Origin: Acidimicrobiia bacterium
GTDB lineage: Bacteria > Actinomycetota > Acidimicrobiia > Spongiisociales > UBA11373
Direction of reading: 5' to 3'
DNA length: 64,000 nucleotides
NCBI GenBank assembly: GCA_016932695.1
Contig: JAFGCH010000071.1
Location: 4,099 to 68,098 of the forward strand
Below, one piece after another: positions 47,026-57,224 of this stretch (the first letter of the stretch is position 1; each line of letters begins with the position of its first letter). The translations under genes were made by a program, and so were the position numbers. The notes under the pieces were generated by a model. The model had not been told where the DNA came from. It made no database searches and was given only the letters and a program-made list of their open reading frames with translations.

Positions 47026-48081
47026 ATGACCGAAGCCGATCCCGCCGCACCCGAGCCGCGCCGGCCGCCTCCCAGGAAACGGCGACGCTGGTTGTGGCCG
47101 CTGGTGGGCCGCCTGGTGCTGCTGGTGGCCGGAGGGGTAGCCCTCTACTACCTGGCTCCCCAACTGGTCTCGGTCTTCGCCAGCGCTCCCCAGCTGAGCC
47201 GGGTGCAGTGGCCGTGGCTCGTAGTGATGCTGGGCCTGGAGATCAGCAGCTTCGTCGCCGCCTGGGGACTGGCCCGCGTGGCGGTCCCGGGGCTCCGCTG
47301 GCCGGTGGCCGCCACCGCGCAACTGGCGGCCAACGCCGCCAGCCGGGCGGTGCCCGGCGGGGTGGTGGTAGGCGGAGCCGTCTACTTTCGTCTGCTGCAC
47401 CGCTCCGGGGTGGACCCGGCCGGTGCCGCCGCGGCCCTCACCGCCAACTCCCTGATCAGCAACATGGTGCTGTTCGCCCTGCCCGCCGCCGGGGCCATTT
47501 CGGCGGCGGCGGCGGCCGCGGTGCCCCGCGGCCTGCTCCCGGTGGCGCTGGCCGGGCTGGGGTTGTTTGCCCTCACCCTCGGCATTGGGGGGGCTTTGGT
47601 CCGCTTCGACCGGCCCCTCCTCCTGATCGGGGTCCTGGCGGAGCGGCTGAGCCGTCTGCTGCCGCACCACCTGACCCGGGGAAGGAGGGTGCGCCGCGAT
47701 GCGCTGCTGCGCACGCGTAACGAGCTGGTGGCGGCCATGGGAGGCCGCTGGTGGCAGGCGGTGGGCTTCGCCGCCGCCAACTGGATCCTCGACTACCTGG
47801 TGCTGGTGGCCGCCCTGCGAGCCATAGGGGCCGAGCCGCGCCTCAGCCTGGTGCTGTTGGCCTACGGGGCGGCCTCGGTGCTCGGCATGATCCCCATAAC
47901 GCCGGGAGGCCTGGGCTTTGTGGAGGCCGGCCTGGCCGCCACCCTGGCGGTGTCGGGCATCGCCGCCGGCGACGCCCTGCTGGCCACCCTCGCCTACCGG
48001 CTCTTCTCCTTCTGGCTGCCCATACCTGCGGGGGCGATCGCCTACCTGGTGCATCGCCTCCACCACCGGGCGCCGGCCTGA
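47026..48081 (+). CDS. lysylphosphatidylglycerol-synthase-TM-like (UPF0104/flippase-like) membrane protein
   Basis: The basic N-terminus, multiple TM helices and the C-terminal motif VLGMIPITPGGLGFVEAGLAATLA are present. Confidence 0.65.
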   Translation: MTEADPAAPEPRRPPPRKRRRWLWPLVGRLVLLVAGGVALYYLAPQLVSVFASAPQLSRVQWPWLVVMLGLEISSFVAAWGLARVAVPGLRWPVAATAQLAANAASRAVPGGVVVGGAVYFRLLHRSGVDPAGAAAALTANSLISNMVLFALPAAGAISAAAAAAVPRGLLPVALAGLGLFALTLGIGGALVRFDRPLLLIGVLAERLSRLLPHHLTRGRRVRRDALLRTRNELVAAMGGRWWQAVGFAAANWILDYLVLVAALRAIGAEPRLSLVLLAYGAASVLGMIPITPGGLGFVEAGLAATLAVSGIAAGDALLATLAYRLFSFWLPIPAGAIAYLVHRLHHRAPA

Positions 48082-48093
48082 GGCCCGGCGCGC

Positions 48094-48528
48094 TCAGCGG
48101 CGCGAGTAGCGGCCCATGAGAGAAGCCTCGGCGAGAACCCGGCCCCGCAGCGCCTCGAGAACCTGCTTCTTGGAGGCGCCGGCCGGCAGGCCGAGCGCAC
48201 GGTCGAGGGCATAGACCTTGAAGAAGTAGCGGTGCTCGCCGAAGGGCGGGCAGGGCCCTCCATAGCCGGTCTTGCGCCAGGAGTTGCGGCCGGGGGTGCC
48301 GAGGGCCTTCACCCCCTCGGGGATGGTGCCGGCCACCGGGATGTCGTAGGCCACCCAGTGGTCCCAGGTGCCCATGCGAGCATCGGGATCATCCATGACC
48401 AGCGCCAGGCAGGTGGCGTCCTCGGGGATGTCGGCGATGTCGAGAGCGGGTGAGACGTCGGCGCCATCGCAGGTGAAGCGGGAGGGGATGGCCTCGCCGT
48501 TGCCGAAAGCGGGTGATGAGAGCCTCAT
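48094..48528 (-). CDS. YbhB/YbcL family phosphatidylethanolamine-binding protein (PEBP)
   Basis: It contains WDHWVAYDIP...GYGGPCPPFGEHRYFFKVYALD. ATG is at 48528 (MRLSSPAFG). Confidence 0.8.
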   Translation of the reverse strand: MRLSSPAFGNGEAIPSRFTCDGADVSPALDIADIPEDATCLALVMDDPDARMGTWDHWVAYDIPVAGTIPEGVKALGTPGRNSWRKTGYGGPCPPFGEHRYFFKVYALDRALGLPAGASKKQVLEALRGRVLAEASLMGRYSRR

Positions 48529-48634
48529 AGGGGAAAGGTAGTCGCGCGTCCGAGGAGAAAGTGGCGCGTTGGGGCGTCGTTGTGCCGCGAGATCGGGCAT
48601 CCTTGAGGGTGACGGCGGCAGAGAGGGGACGGCG

Positions 48635-48856
48635 ATGGCCGACAGCGTGTACAAGGTGGTCGAGCTCATCGGGAGCAGCAGCGAGTCGTGGGAGAAGGCG
48701 GCCAGGGCTGCCGTGGCTCAGGCAGCCAAGAGCCTCCGGGATCTGCGCATTGCCGAGATCAAGGAGCTCGACCTGCAGCTCGACGACGACGGGGCCGTGG
48801 TCGCCTACCGGGCGAAGGTTCGCGTCTCGTTCCGCTATCACGGGGACGAAGACTGA
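48635..48856 (+). CDS. dodecin family flavin-binding protein
   Basis: MADSVYKVVELIGSSSESWEKAAR...YRAKVRVSFR, 73 aa, matches the dodecin family. Confidence 0.8.
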   Translation: MADSVYKVVELIGSSSESWEKAARAAVAQAAKSLRDLRIAEIKELDLQLDDDGAVVAYRAKVRVSFRYHGDED

Positions 48857-48919
48857 GCCGAAGTCGGCTACGGCCGCAGATACTCAACCCGGCGAAGTGC
48901 CGGGACCACGGCCGCCGGT

Positions 48920-49855
48920 TCACCACGCCTGTTCGAGCAGCATGGCCAGCTGCCGGGCGCCCTTGACCCCGTAGTCGGCGTAGCAGTTGTTCATCAGCAC
49001 GTGCACTCGGCCGGCCTGGTCGGCCAGGGCTTTGACGCGCGGCACCCACTCTTGTAGCTCGCCGGGGGCGTAGTCGTAGCGGAACCTCTCGGCGGCGCCG
49101 ATCCCCGGCGCCTCCCAGGTGTCGGCGTTCCGCCCGTGGAAGCGCACTTCGGCCAGGGGCGCCGTGGCCGCCGCCACCGGTGGCATCGAACTGCGGAACC
49201 CCTGCGGCGCGTCGACGCAGACGTACGACAGGTGGTGCTCCTCCAAGAAGGCCAGGGTGGATTCCCGGTGGGCTTCGTCCATCCAGCGCTCCTGGCGGAA
49301 CTCGACCGCCACCCGGTAGTCGGCGAGGCGCTCCGCCGCCCAGGAGAGATAGCCGTAGGCGCCGCGCGACGGGACCACGTAAGGGGGCAACTGGAAGAGG
49401 ATCACCCCCAGCTTTCCCGCCGAGTGGAGGGGTAGGAGGGCCGAGACGAAGCGCTCGAAGGCTTCCTGCATGAGCTCCCGGGGAAGGTCGCGGGCGTACA
49501 GGTTGCGTTTGGCCCGCAGGTCGTCGGGCAGGGAGGCGGCGAGATCCTTCCACAACGACCGGGGCGGGGTGGGGTGCTGGGTGAGCAGACGGAAGGCCTT
49601 GACGTCGAAGGTGAAGTCGGGCGGGGTGCGCTCCACCCACAGCCCGGAGGTGCGCTGGGCCGGAGGGGCGTAGTAGGTGGCGTCCACCTCGACAATGGGG
49701 AACTGCGCGGCGTAGTAGGCCAGGCGGTTGGCCGGGGTCATCTCCCGGCTCGGGTAGAAGGTGCCGGCGTCGACCAGCGTGGGGTCGGTCCACGAGCAGG
49801 TGCCCACGAACACCCCGCGCTGCGCCAGACGGGCGAGGGCGGTCTCGGCGGTCAT
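48920..49855 (-). CDS. DUF72 (YecE/UPF0759) family protein
   Basis: It contains VFVGTCSWTDP...FYP...YAAQFPIVEVDATYY. ATG is at 49855. Confidence 0.8.
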   Translation of the reverse strand: MTAETALARLAQRGVFVGTCSWTDPTLVDAGTFYPSREMTPANRLAYYAAQFPIVEVDATYYAPPAQRTSGLWVERTPPDFTFDVKAFRLLTQHPTPPRSLWKDLAASLPDDLRAKRNLYARDLPRELMQEAFERFVSALLPLHSAGKLGVILFQLPPYVVPSRGAYGYLSWAAERLADYRVAVEFRQERWMDEAHRESTLAFLEEHHLSYVCVDAPQGFRSSMPPVAAATAPLAEVRFHGRNADTWEAPGIGAAERFRYDYAPGELQEWVPRVKALADQAGRVHVLMNNCYADYGVKGARQLAMLLEQAW

Positions 49856-49968
49856 CGCGACCCCGAGTCTCGCGCGCCGGCGGCGGTTGAGAGACGCCTT
49901 GGGGGCCACCTGTTCCCGCATATCGCGAGCCGGCCTATCGTGGCCGCGATGACCACACAAGTGGCGCG

Positions 49969-51660
49969 GTGATCAACCTAGGCCTACCCGAAGCAGGTCG
50001 GCGCGGCCGGCCCGCCCTGGCTGCCTTCCTGTCGACGGTGCTCCCGGGCGCCGGGCAATGGTATGCGGGGCGGCGGCGCCGGTCGTTGCTGCTCCTGGCC
50101 GTAGCCGGGGCCGGCCTGGGCGCCACCATCTGGTTCGCCGCTCGGGGGGCGGTCTACCTGCTGCGCACCTTCGTCCAGCCCCGCTGGCTGTGGGCCCTGC
50201 TGGCGGTCAACCTGGTCGTCCTGGCGGTGCGGGTCTTCGCGGTGGCCGATGCCTACGCCCTGGAACGTCGCCTCTACCCCGGTGCACAGCCGGGCAGAGG
50301 GTGGCCGGCCCGGGCCTTCCTCGTGCTGTTGCTCGCCGCCGTCGTCGTTCCCCACGCCGTGCTGTTCGACTACGGGCTGGAAGCCATCGACACCATCGAG
50401 GCCCTGACGGTCTCCGGCGAGTTGCCTCCGCTGGAGGAGCGGGAGCAGGCCCTGCTCGACCAGGGGTTCACCGAAGGGGACCTGGGCCCGACGACCACCA
50501 CCGCCCCCCCGACCACCACCACCATTCCCCTCATCACCCCGTCCACCCTGCCTCCCAACGCCTCGCAATGGGCTAAGGAGAGGTGGCTTCCCGAGGACGA
50601 CCTGCACCCGGTGCGCCCCGTCATCGTCCCGGCCGAGCCGGCCTTCTACAACGCCCCCTTCGTTCCTCTCCATGAGCGGCTGGACAGGGACCGGCTGACG
50701 ATCCTGCTGGCGGGCGGGGATGCCGGGCCCGGGCGCTGGAGCCTGCGCACCGACGTGATGATCGTGGCCACCATCAACCTGGATACCGGCAAGGCAGTGC
50801 TGTTCAGCATCTCGCGCGACATGGTCTATGCGCCCCTGCCCGAGGACTGGGATGACGCCTTCCTGCAGGAGGAGTACGAGGAGGCGGTGGCGGCGGCCGA
50901 GAAGGAGGGGGTGGAGCCGCCCGCCTGGGAGGGCTTCAAGGAGCTGTCCTGCAAGTGCTTCCCCGACCGGATGAACGCCATCTGGACCTACACCCAGGCC
51001 TGGGTGCGGACCTTCCCCGAGGCGGTGGACCCGGGAATGGAGGCGTTGCGCCAGGCGCTGAGCCTGCTGCTCGGCCTGCGTATCGACTACTACGTCCTGG
51101 TCGACATGGCCGGGTTCGTGGACCTGGTGGATGCTCTAGGCGGGCTGGACATCTACATCACCGAGACCATGGACGTCGGCTTCTCCCCGGCGCGGGAGGG
51201 TGAAGACCCGGTGCGGGTGACCATCGCCGAGCCGGGCACCTACCACCTCGACGGGCATCAGGCCCTGGCCTTCGTGCGCAACCGCACCGGCACCAGCGAT
51301 TCCTACCGCATGCAGCGGCAGCGCTGCACGCTGCGCGCCCTGGCCGCCCAGATCGACGCGGTAACGGTGGCTTTGCGGTTCCCCCAGATTGCCCGGGCGG
51401 TCCGGGAGAGTGCCATCAGCAACATCCCTCTCTCCTTCCTGCCCGATCTGGTGGAGTACGCCACCACCCTGGATCTCAACGACATCGCCACCGTGGCCTT
51501 CGGCTACCCCTACTACGCCCACGACCTCAACTTCCGCAACCTGCCGATAGTGGACCCCGAGCGGATCCGGCTGAAGGTGCGGTCGGCCCTGGAGGCGGTG
51601 GAGACGGTCGCCGGCACCGCCGATCTCACTGAGGAGTGCAACGTCCTCCCGGCGCGCTGA
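49969..51660 (+). CDS. LCP (LytR-CpsA-Psr) family cell-envelope protein
   Basis: The N-terminal TM segment and a Thr/Pro linker precede TDVMIVATINLDTGKAVLFSISRD...DGHQALAFVRNR. It uses a GTG start. Confidence 0.8.
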   Translation: MINLGLPEAGRRGRPALAAFLSTVLPGAGQWYAGRRRRSLLLLAVAGAGLGATIWFAARGAVYLLRTFVQPRWLWALLAVNLVVLAVRVFAVADAYALERRLYPGAQPGRGWPARAFLVLLLAAVVVPHAVLFDYGLEAIDTIEALTVSGELPPLEEREQALLDQGFTEGDLGPTTTTAPPTTTTIPLITPSTLPPNASQWAKERWLPEDDLHPVRPVIVPAEPAFYNAPFVPLHERLDRDRLTILLAGGDAGPGRWSLRTDVMIVATINLDTGKAVLFSISRDMVYAPLPEDWDDAFLQEEYEEAVAAAEKEGVEPPAWEGFKELSCKCFPDRMNAIWTYTQAWVRTFPEAVDPGMEALRQALSLLLGLRIDYYVLVDMAGFVDLVDALGGLDIYITETMDVGFSPAREGEDPVRVTIAEPGTYHLDGHQALAFVRNRTGTSDSYRMQRQRCTLRALAAQIDAVTVALRFPQIARAVRESAISNIPLSFLPDLVEYATTLDLNDIATVAFGYPYYAHDLNFRNLPIVDPERIRLKVRSALEAVETVAGTADLTEECNVLPAR

Positions 51661-51668
51661 GATCCGGC

Positions 51669-52085
51669 TCAACTTCTGCTACGAGCCAGGCGCCGTAGCA
51701 CCCGTACCCGGAGTGACCACGGTCGCGCCGGGACGGGCACCCCGGTGAGCCTGCCTTCCGCCTTGTCGAGGGCGTCTTCGATGAGGGCGTCGTGCAACGG
51801 GCGGAAGAGGAAGGGCCAGGCGAGGCGCATGGCGCCGGAGGTGCGGCCGTCGATGCTGTGCCGGATCCGGCAGCCGTCTCCGGCCGGTGCGACGCGCCAC
51901 TCGTGAGTTCCGTTCAAGCCCGGGGGGCCGGTGAAGCGGAAAAGGACCCGGCGCCCCGGTTCGTACTGCTCCACGCGATAGCGAATCGGCCCGTGCCCCC
52001 CGACGGCACCCACCTCGAGTGACCGGTCGAAGCGCATCGCCGGCCACCGCCCGTCGGGCCAGAGAGGGTCGGGGCGGCTGCTCAA
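51669..52085 (-). CDS. SRPBCC (START/Bet v1-like, polyketide-cyclase-type) family protein
   Basis: At 138 aa, its size and the YRVEQYEPGRRVLFRF pattern fit this fold. Confidence 0.55.
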   Translation of the reverse strand: MSSRPDPLWPDGRWPAMRFDRSLEVGAVGGHGPIRYRVEQYEPGRRVLFRFTGPPGLNGTHEWRVAPAGDGCRIRHSIDGRTSGAMRLAWPFLFRPLHDALIEDALDKAEGRLTGVPVPARPWSLRVRVLRRLARSRS

Positions 52086-52182
52086 AGCGTCGAGGAGGCG
52101 CCCGGCCGCCTCGGCCGGGGCCGGCAGGTCACGCTCGTGGACGTTGCGGATGCGCGTGGGGGAACCCTACTCCTGCCGGCTC

Positions 52183-52974
52183 TCAGCAGCCGAGATGGTG
52201 CCCGGTGGCGACCAGGCCGACGACCAGGAACCCGACGGCCATCTGCGTCCAGCCCAGGGTGCGGGCCGGCACCGGGGGGCGGGCCAGGGCCCACATTGCG
52301 AAGGCCCACAGGAAGGCGGCGGCGGCAGCAGCGGTCCAGGGGAGGAGATCCGCCGCGGCCAGGGCGGCCAAGCCGGCCAGCGCAATGCCGTGGGCGAAGT
52401 GAGCGACGGCCGGCGCGGCCGGCTCACCCCGGGCCCGCCGGAACTGCGCTCGCACGAAGAGGATGGAGGGCAGCGCCCGGCCGGCGATCACCGCCCACAG
52501 GGCGAAGGCGGGGCCTGCTTCCCAGCCGCCGGCCAGGGCCAGGGCCGGCGCGGCGGCGCCCATGGCCACGGCGCCGGCGGCCTCGGCCCAGAAGCTGCGG
52601 CTGCGGTGCGTTAGGTCGGCGGCCACGTGCGCGCCGGCGGCGGGGAGGGCGGCCGCCACCGCCCACCAGAGCCGCCCACCGGCCCGGCAGGAGGCGAAGG
52701 CCAGTCCGGCGATGGCGATCGCCGCGCCGGCGGCCACCACGCCGGCCGCCATCGCGGTGCGGGGGAGGCGCCGCCCCCGGCGGAGATCCTCCGCCAGGAG
52801 CCGCAGCGGGCGGCGGGCCAGGAAGACGGCTACCGCAGCCGCAGCCACTCCTCCTCCGGCCAGGCCGGGAGCGACCAGCAGCCCGAGCAGCACCGGCTCC
52901 AGGGTGAACCCCCAGCCGCCGTGCTCGGTAGGGAGGGCCACCGCCCGCAGGCTCCCCGGCTCACCGCGCCGCAC
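52183..52974 (-). CDS. YwiC-like polytopic membrane protein
   Basis: TEHGGWGFTLEPVLLGLLVAPGLAGG is followed by about 8 Ala-rich helices. The region is extremely GC-rich with all six frames open, so the frame choice rests on hydrophobicity periodicity. Confidence 0.5.
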   Translation of the reverse strand: MRRGEPGSLRAVALPTEHGGWGFTLEPVLLGLLVAPGLAGGGVAAAAVAVFLARRPLRLLAEDLRRGRRLPRTAMAAGVVAAGAAIAIAGLAFASCRAGGRLWWAVAAALPAAGAHVAADLTHRSRSFWAEAAGAVAMGAAAPALALAGGWEAGPAFALWAVIAGRALPSILFVRAQFRRARGEPAAPAVAHFAHGIALAGLAALAAADLLPWTAAAAAAFLWAFAMWALARPPVPARTLGWTQMAVGFLVVGLVATGHHLGC

Positions 52975-53010
52975 TTGCCCCTCTCCGGTTGGTCTGTTCC
53001 GGCGACGCAG

Positions 53011-53045
53011 AAGCCCCCGGTGACGGGTCTCGCCGCCGGGGGCTT
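53011..53045 (-). terminator. GC-rich hairpin (AAGCCCCCGG-N15-CCGGGGGCTT) downstream of the malic enzyme gene; no U tract
   Basis: I read this perfect 10-bp inverted repeat directly, about 90 bp after the malic enzyme stop. Confidence 0.3.
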
Positions 53046-53134
53046 ACTGCTGCAAGGTCTCCCCTTGCGGGGGCCCCTTACTCCGCTGAGATCAGATTAC
53101 CCCTCTCGTCCGGCGCTTGCCGGGGCCGAGGCAC

Positions 53135-54835
53135 CTAGGCGGGCCGGTAGGGGAGGTAGGCGGGATACCACATGACCTGGTTGATGACCGCCTCGACATC
53201 CACGACCGGATCGGCCACCCCATCGGCCACCGCCTGCTCGGCCACGGCGTGAGCCACCCGCCGCGAGACGTCGCGCACCTCGGCGATCGGAGGGAAGAGG
53301 GCCCCCTGGGCCAGCATGTCCTCGTCCACGAAGCAGGCCTGGGCCCGGGAGGCGACGCTGAACATGTTGCGGGTCACCTGTCGTGCCTTGGAGACCAGCA
53401 CACCCAGTCCCATGCCGGGGAAGATGAAGACGTTGTTCGCCTGGCCGATGCGGTGACGGCGCCCGTTGTGGGTCACGTCGCCGAAGGGGCTCCCGGTGGC
53501 CACCAAGGCCTTCCCGTCGGACCAGGCGATGAGGTCGCTGGGCACCGCCTCGGCATTGGCCGAGGGGTTGGAGAGCGGCATGATGATGGGGTTCTCGGTG
53601 TAGGAGGCCATCTGGCGCACCACCGCTTCGGTGAACTGGCCGGGCCGGGCGGAGACGCCGATGAGCACCGTGGGCCGGGCGTGCTCCACGACGTGCTCCA
53701 GGCCGATGCGGTCGCCTCGGATGTGCCAACCCTTCACCACATCACGCTTGGTGGCCAGGGTGCGCCACCGCTCGTCGAGGCCCTTGTCCCCTTCCACCAG
53801 CAGCCCGGGCTGGTCGAGGACGAAGATGCGGCCGGCCGCCTCGTCGGCACCGAGACCCTCGCGCTGCATCTCGAAGACGAGTTGCCGGTAGATGCCGGTA
53901 CCGGCAGACCCCCCGCCGAACATGGCATAGGTCTGGTCGGATAGGCGCCCTCCGATGCGGCGCAGTCCGGCGAGGAGGCCGCCGACCACCATGGCTGCCG
54001 TGCCTTCGATGTCATCGTTGAACGAAGGGACCGCCTCGCGGTAGGTCTCCAGAGCGCGGAAGGAGGTGATGTTGGCAAAGTCCTCCCATTGCAGCAGGGC
54101 CTGGGGGAAGACCTCCTTGACTGCCATCACGAACTCTTCGACCAGCGACCAGTACTCCTCGCCGCGCAGGCGGTGGGCACGCCATCCCAGATAGAGAGGG
54201 TCCCGCAGCAACTCCTCGTTGTTGGTCCCGACGTCGAGCGAGACGGGGACGCAGAGGGAGGGGTGGATGCCGGCAGCCACGCTGTAGAGGGCCAGCTTCC
54301 CGATGGGGATGCCCATGCCGCCGCAGCCCTGGTCGCCGATGCCCAGGATCCGCTCGTTATCCGTCACCACCACCACGGCCGCCTCGCGGATGCCTCGGCA
54401 GCGCAGTACGCGGGCGATCTGCCCGCGGTCTCCGGGGGTGACGTAGATGCCGCGGGCGGCCCGGAACATGCGGCTCCAGTGCCGGCACGCCTCGGCCACC
54501 GTCGGGGTGTAGACGATGGGCACCACTTCGTGGAGGTTCTCGAGGATGAAACGATGGAAGAGGGTTTCGTTGCGGTCGTGTAGGCCGGCGATATAGACGT
54601 GCTTCTCGAGGGCGCTGGGCTTGGCGTCCCACTGCGAGCGCACCCGGGCGAGTTGCTCATCCATGGTCGCGGTGTGGGCGGGGAGCAGCCCCCGCAGGCC
54701 CAGGGCCTCGCGTTCCTCCGCAGTGAAGGCAGCCCCCTTGTTGAGCAGCGGCTCTTCGAGAAGCTGGCGTCCCCGCTCCTCCACCGGCAGGTAGAGCTCT
54801 CCGGTGGTGGCATCCATGGCCGGACGGAACCGCAT
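53135..54835 (-). CDS. NAD-dependent malic enzyme
   Basis: The malic-enzyme signature regions are present (FNDDIEGTAAMVVGGLLAGLR, GGGSAGTGI). It is about 566 aa. Confidence 0.85.
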   Translation of the reverse strand: MRFRPAMDATTGELYLPVEERGRQLLEEPLLNKGAAFTAEEREALGLRGLLPAHTATMDEQLARVRSQWDAKPSALEKHVYIAGLHDRNETLFHRFILENLHEVVPIVYTPTVAEACRHWSRMFRAARGIYVTPGDRGQIARVLRCRGIREAAVVVVTDNERILGIGDQGCGGMGIPIGKLALYSVAAGIHPSLCVPVSLDVGTNNEELLRDPLYLGWRAHRLRGEEYWSLVEEFVMAVKEVFPQALLQWEDFANITSFRALETYREAVPSFNDDIEGTAAMVVGGLLAGLRRIGGRLSDQTYAMFGGGSAGTGIYRQLVFEMQREGLGADEAAGRIFVLDQPGLLVEGDKGLDERWRTLATKRDVVKGWHIRGDRIGLEHVVEHARPTVLIGVSARPGQFTEAVVRQMASYTENPIIMPLSNPSANAEAVPSDLIAWSDGKALVATGSPFGDVTHNGRRHRIGQANNVFIFPGMGLGVLVSKARQVTRNMFSVASRAQACFVDEDMLAQGALFPPIAEVRDVSRRVAHAVAEQAVADGVADPVVDVEAVINQVMWYPAYLPYRPA

Positions 54836-54936
54836 TACTGGCCGCCTTTCTGCTGGGCTGTTCGTTCCCACGCTACGCCCGCGCTAGAGGTGGCGGCTAG
54901 GGGCGATGGCCCCGGCAAGGGCGGGGACCGGCCCGT

Positions 54937-55563
54937 TCAGTCCCGGGTAGTGGCGCCTACAGAACTGAGGAACTCGGCACGGGTGTCGGGGTGGGTCAGG
55001 AAGGCGCCGGTGAGATAGGTGGTCCGCATGTGGGCGTTGGCCTTCATGGCCCCCCGCATCGACATGCACAGGTGGGTGGCGCGGATGACCACGCCCACCC
55101 CCAGCGGGTTGATCAGTTCCTGGAGCAACTCGGCGATCTGGCGGGTCATGCGCTCCTGGACTTGCAGACGCCGGGCGAAGGCGTCCACGACCCGGGGGAT
55201 CTTGGAGAGGCCGACCACCTTGTCTCGTGGGATGTAGCCCACGTCGGCCTTGCCGAAGATGGGCAGGAGGTGATGCTCGCACATGCTCCAGAAGTCGATA
55301 CCGCCGACGATCACCATCTCGGGGTAGTCCACATCGAAGAGGGCGTTGTTCAGCAGGGCTACGGGGTCGACTGCATAGCCGGCGAGGATCTCGTCGTACA
55401 TGCGGGCCACCCGTGCCGGGGTGTCGCGGAGACCCTCCCGCAGCGGGTCCTCTCCCACGGCACGCAGGATGTGGGCTACGGCGTTGGCCACCACGACCTT
55501 GCAGTCCCGAGCCAGCACCGGCCCGTCCTTGAAGCCCGCGGCCATCTCATCGGTGATCAGCAT
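54937..55563 (-). CDS. folE: GTP cyclohydrolase I
   Basis: ATG at 55563 ([11 protein letters not shown]) gives about 208 aa. The 5' part of the listed ORF is spurious. Confidence 0.85.
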   Translation of the reverse strand: MLITDEMAAGFKDGPVLARDCKVVVANAVAHILRAVGEDPLREGLRDTPARVARMYDEILAGYAVDPVALLNNALFDVDYPEMVIVGGIDFWSMCEHHLLPIFGKADVGYIPRDKVVGLSKIPRVVDAFARRLQVQERMTRQIAELLQELINPLGVGVVIRATHLCMSMRGAMKANAHMRTTYLTGAFLTHPDTRAEFLSSVGATTRD

Positions 55564-55660
55564 GTTCTCCACGGCTGGGCTCCTCGTTGGGGTGCGGCCT
55601 ATAGCCTGGCAGATCCGACGGGCTGCCGGGGGCGGATGCCGGCAGACGGGTCGGCGAGGC

Positions 55661-57076
55661 TCAGCCGGTGAAGACCACCCCGGTGACCAAGTCCCGGGTG
55701 TTGTCGTGCAGGTCGTTGTCGACCAGTCGGGGGTCCGCCTCGGACCCGACCACAATGCCCCGGTCGTTGTCGTAGGCCTCGTTCTCTTTGGCGATGCCGC
55801 CGGCGGTGCCGGCGTAGACGAACCCCGACCCTCTGCCGTCGGCTTTGCGGTGGCCGGAAGACTGGTTGCGCACCAGGGTGGGGGTGGCCCCATCGGCGAC
55901 CCAGAAGCCGTCTTCCCCGTTGCCGTCGGCTTGGTTGCGCCGCGCCGTTCCGGCCGCTTCGTCGAACCAGATGAACCCCGTGTCATCGTTGTCCTGGGCG
56001 GTGTTCGCCGTCAGGCTGGGGGCCGCCTGATTACGGATGACAAAGCCGAACAGGCCGTTTCCCGCGGCGGTGTTGCTCTCGGCGGTGCCGGCAGCCGAGT
56101 CGATCCAGCGGAACCCGACCTCGATGTTCTCGCGGGCGGTGTTGGTGGTGAGTGTGGGGGTGGCTTCTCCGCCCACCTCGAAGCCGTGCAGGCCGTTCTG
56201 CACCGCCTGGTTGCCGTCGGCGGTGCCGGCAGCCGAGCCGGCCCACCGGTATCCGAGCTCAGTGTTCTCCCGGGCGGTGTTGCCGGTGAGGGTGGGGGTG
56301 GCCTCTTCTCCCACCACGAACCCGTGCAGGCCGTTCTGCGCCGCCAGGTTGCCGTCGGCAGTGCCGGCGGCGGCGTCGCTCCAGCGGAACCCGGCCCGGC
56401 CGTTGTCTCGGGCGGTGGACCGGGTGACGGTGACGTCTGCGGCGTCGTCGAAGTGGAAGCCGTACAACTGATTGTCATGGCCGGTGCAGTCGTCGATGGT
56501 GCCGGTGGTGGTCCCCTGGAGCCAGAAGCCGGAGCCATGTTCGTCCTCGACGCGTCTGGCGCCGGTGGCCACTACATCGACGAAAGCGATGACGGCGTCC
56601 TCGGCAACCAAAGCGTTGCCGGCTTCGGTGCCGGTGTAGGCCACGGCGAGGCCCTCCAGGGCGAAGGGGCCCGGCCCGCTGAGGCGAAGCACTGCATCGG
56701 GTTGCCCGCCGGCGACGGTGGTGCGGTCGCTTCCGGCGCCGCGCAGGGTGAGGGGCTTCTCCAGCGTCAGCGGGGCGGCGAGGCGGTGCTCTCCGGCGTC
56801 GAGGAGGATGATGCCTCCCGGTGGGGTGAGATCCACCGCGGTGGCCAGGTCGGGGGCGTCGCCGGAGCCGTCCGGGGCTACTCGCAGGGTGGTGGGGAGA
56901 GTGGTGGTCGGCGCCGCGGTGGTCGTAGGGACGGTGGTGGTAGCCGGTGCCGCGGTGGTTTGAGTCGGTGCCGCGGTGGTGGAGAGGAACGGGCTTCCTT
57001 CGCCGCCGCCGCACGCGGCCGCCAGCAGGACCAGCCCCACCACGGCGAGCGCCACCCGCGGGAGGGTGCGATGCAT
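55661..57076 (-). CDS. secreted right-handed beta-helix repeat lipoprotein
   Basis: ATG at 57076 ([22 protein letters not shown]) is followed by a lipobox and a Thr/Pro/Ala linker. The protein has repeated NGxxGF and NTAxxN motifs typical of parallel beta-helix (pectate-lyase fold) proteins. Confidence 0.7.
   Translation of the reverse strand: MHRTLPRVALAVVGLVLLAAACGGGEGSPFLSTTAAPTQTTAAPATTTVPTTTAAPTTTLPTTLRVAPDGSGDAPDLATAVDLTPPGGIILLDAGEHRLAAPLTLEKPLTLRGAGSDRTTVAGGQPDAVLRLSGPGPFALEGLAVAYTGTEAGNALVAEDAVIAFVDVVATGARRVEDEHGSGFWLQGTTTGTIDDCTGHDNQLYGFHFDDAADVTVTRSTARDNGRAGFRWSDAAAGTADGNLAAQNGLHGFVVGEEATPTLTGNTARENTELGYRWAGSAAGTADGNQAVQNGLHGFEVGGEATPTLTTNTARENIEVGFRWIDSAAGTAESNTAAGNGLFGFVIRNQAAPSLTANTAQDNDDTGFIWFDEAAGTARRNQADGNGEDGFWVADGATPTLVRNQSSGHRKADGRGSGFVYAGTAGGIAKENEAYDNDRGIVVGSEADPRLVDNDLHDNTRDLVTGVVFTG
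55905..56460. repeat. about four tandem copies of a 138-bp unit (46-aa repeat) inside the beta-helix gene
   Basis: The protein repeats are RxNxxxGFRWxDxAAGTAxxNxAxxNGLxGFxVxxxATPTLTxNTA. The same periodicity shows in the antisense ORF 56037..56471 (RPFxxAxLxSAVPAAExxxRxPxSxFSRAVLxVxVGVASxPTxxPC x3). Confidence 0.55.
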
Positions 57077-57224
57077 GAGGCATGGTACCCAGCGGGAGGC
57101 TGCTCCCGGTTCGGCGCGTTGAGGGGGCGGGCCTGGGCGCCGGCCGGGCGCGTCGGCGGTGCCGCTACTGGTCCCGGGCAAGGTGGGGACGCCGCGGTAG
57201 TCTCGGGCCGCTCTGAAGGGAGGG

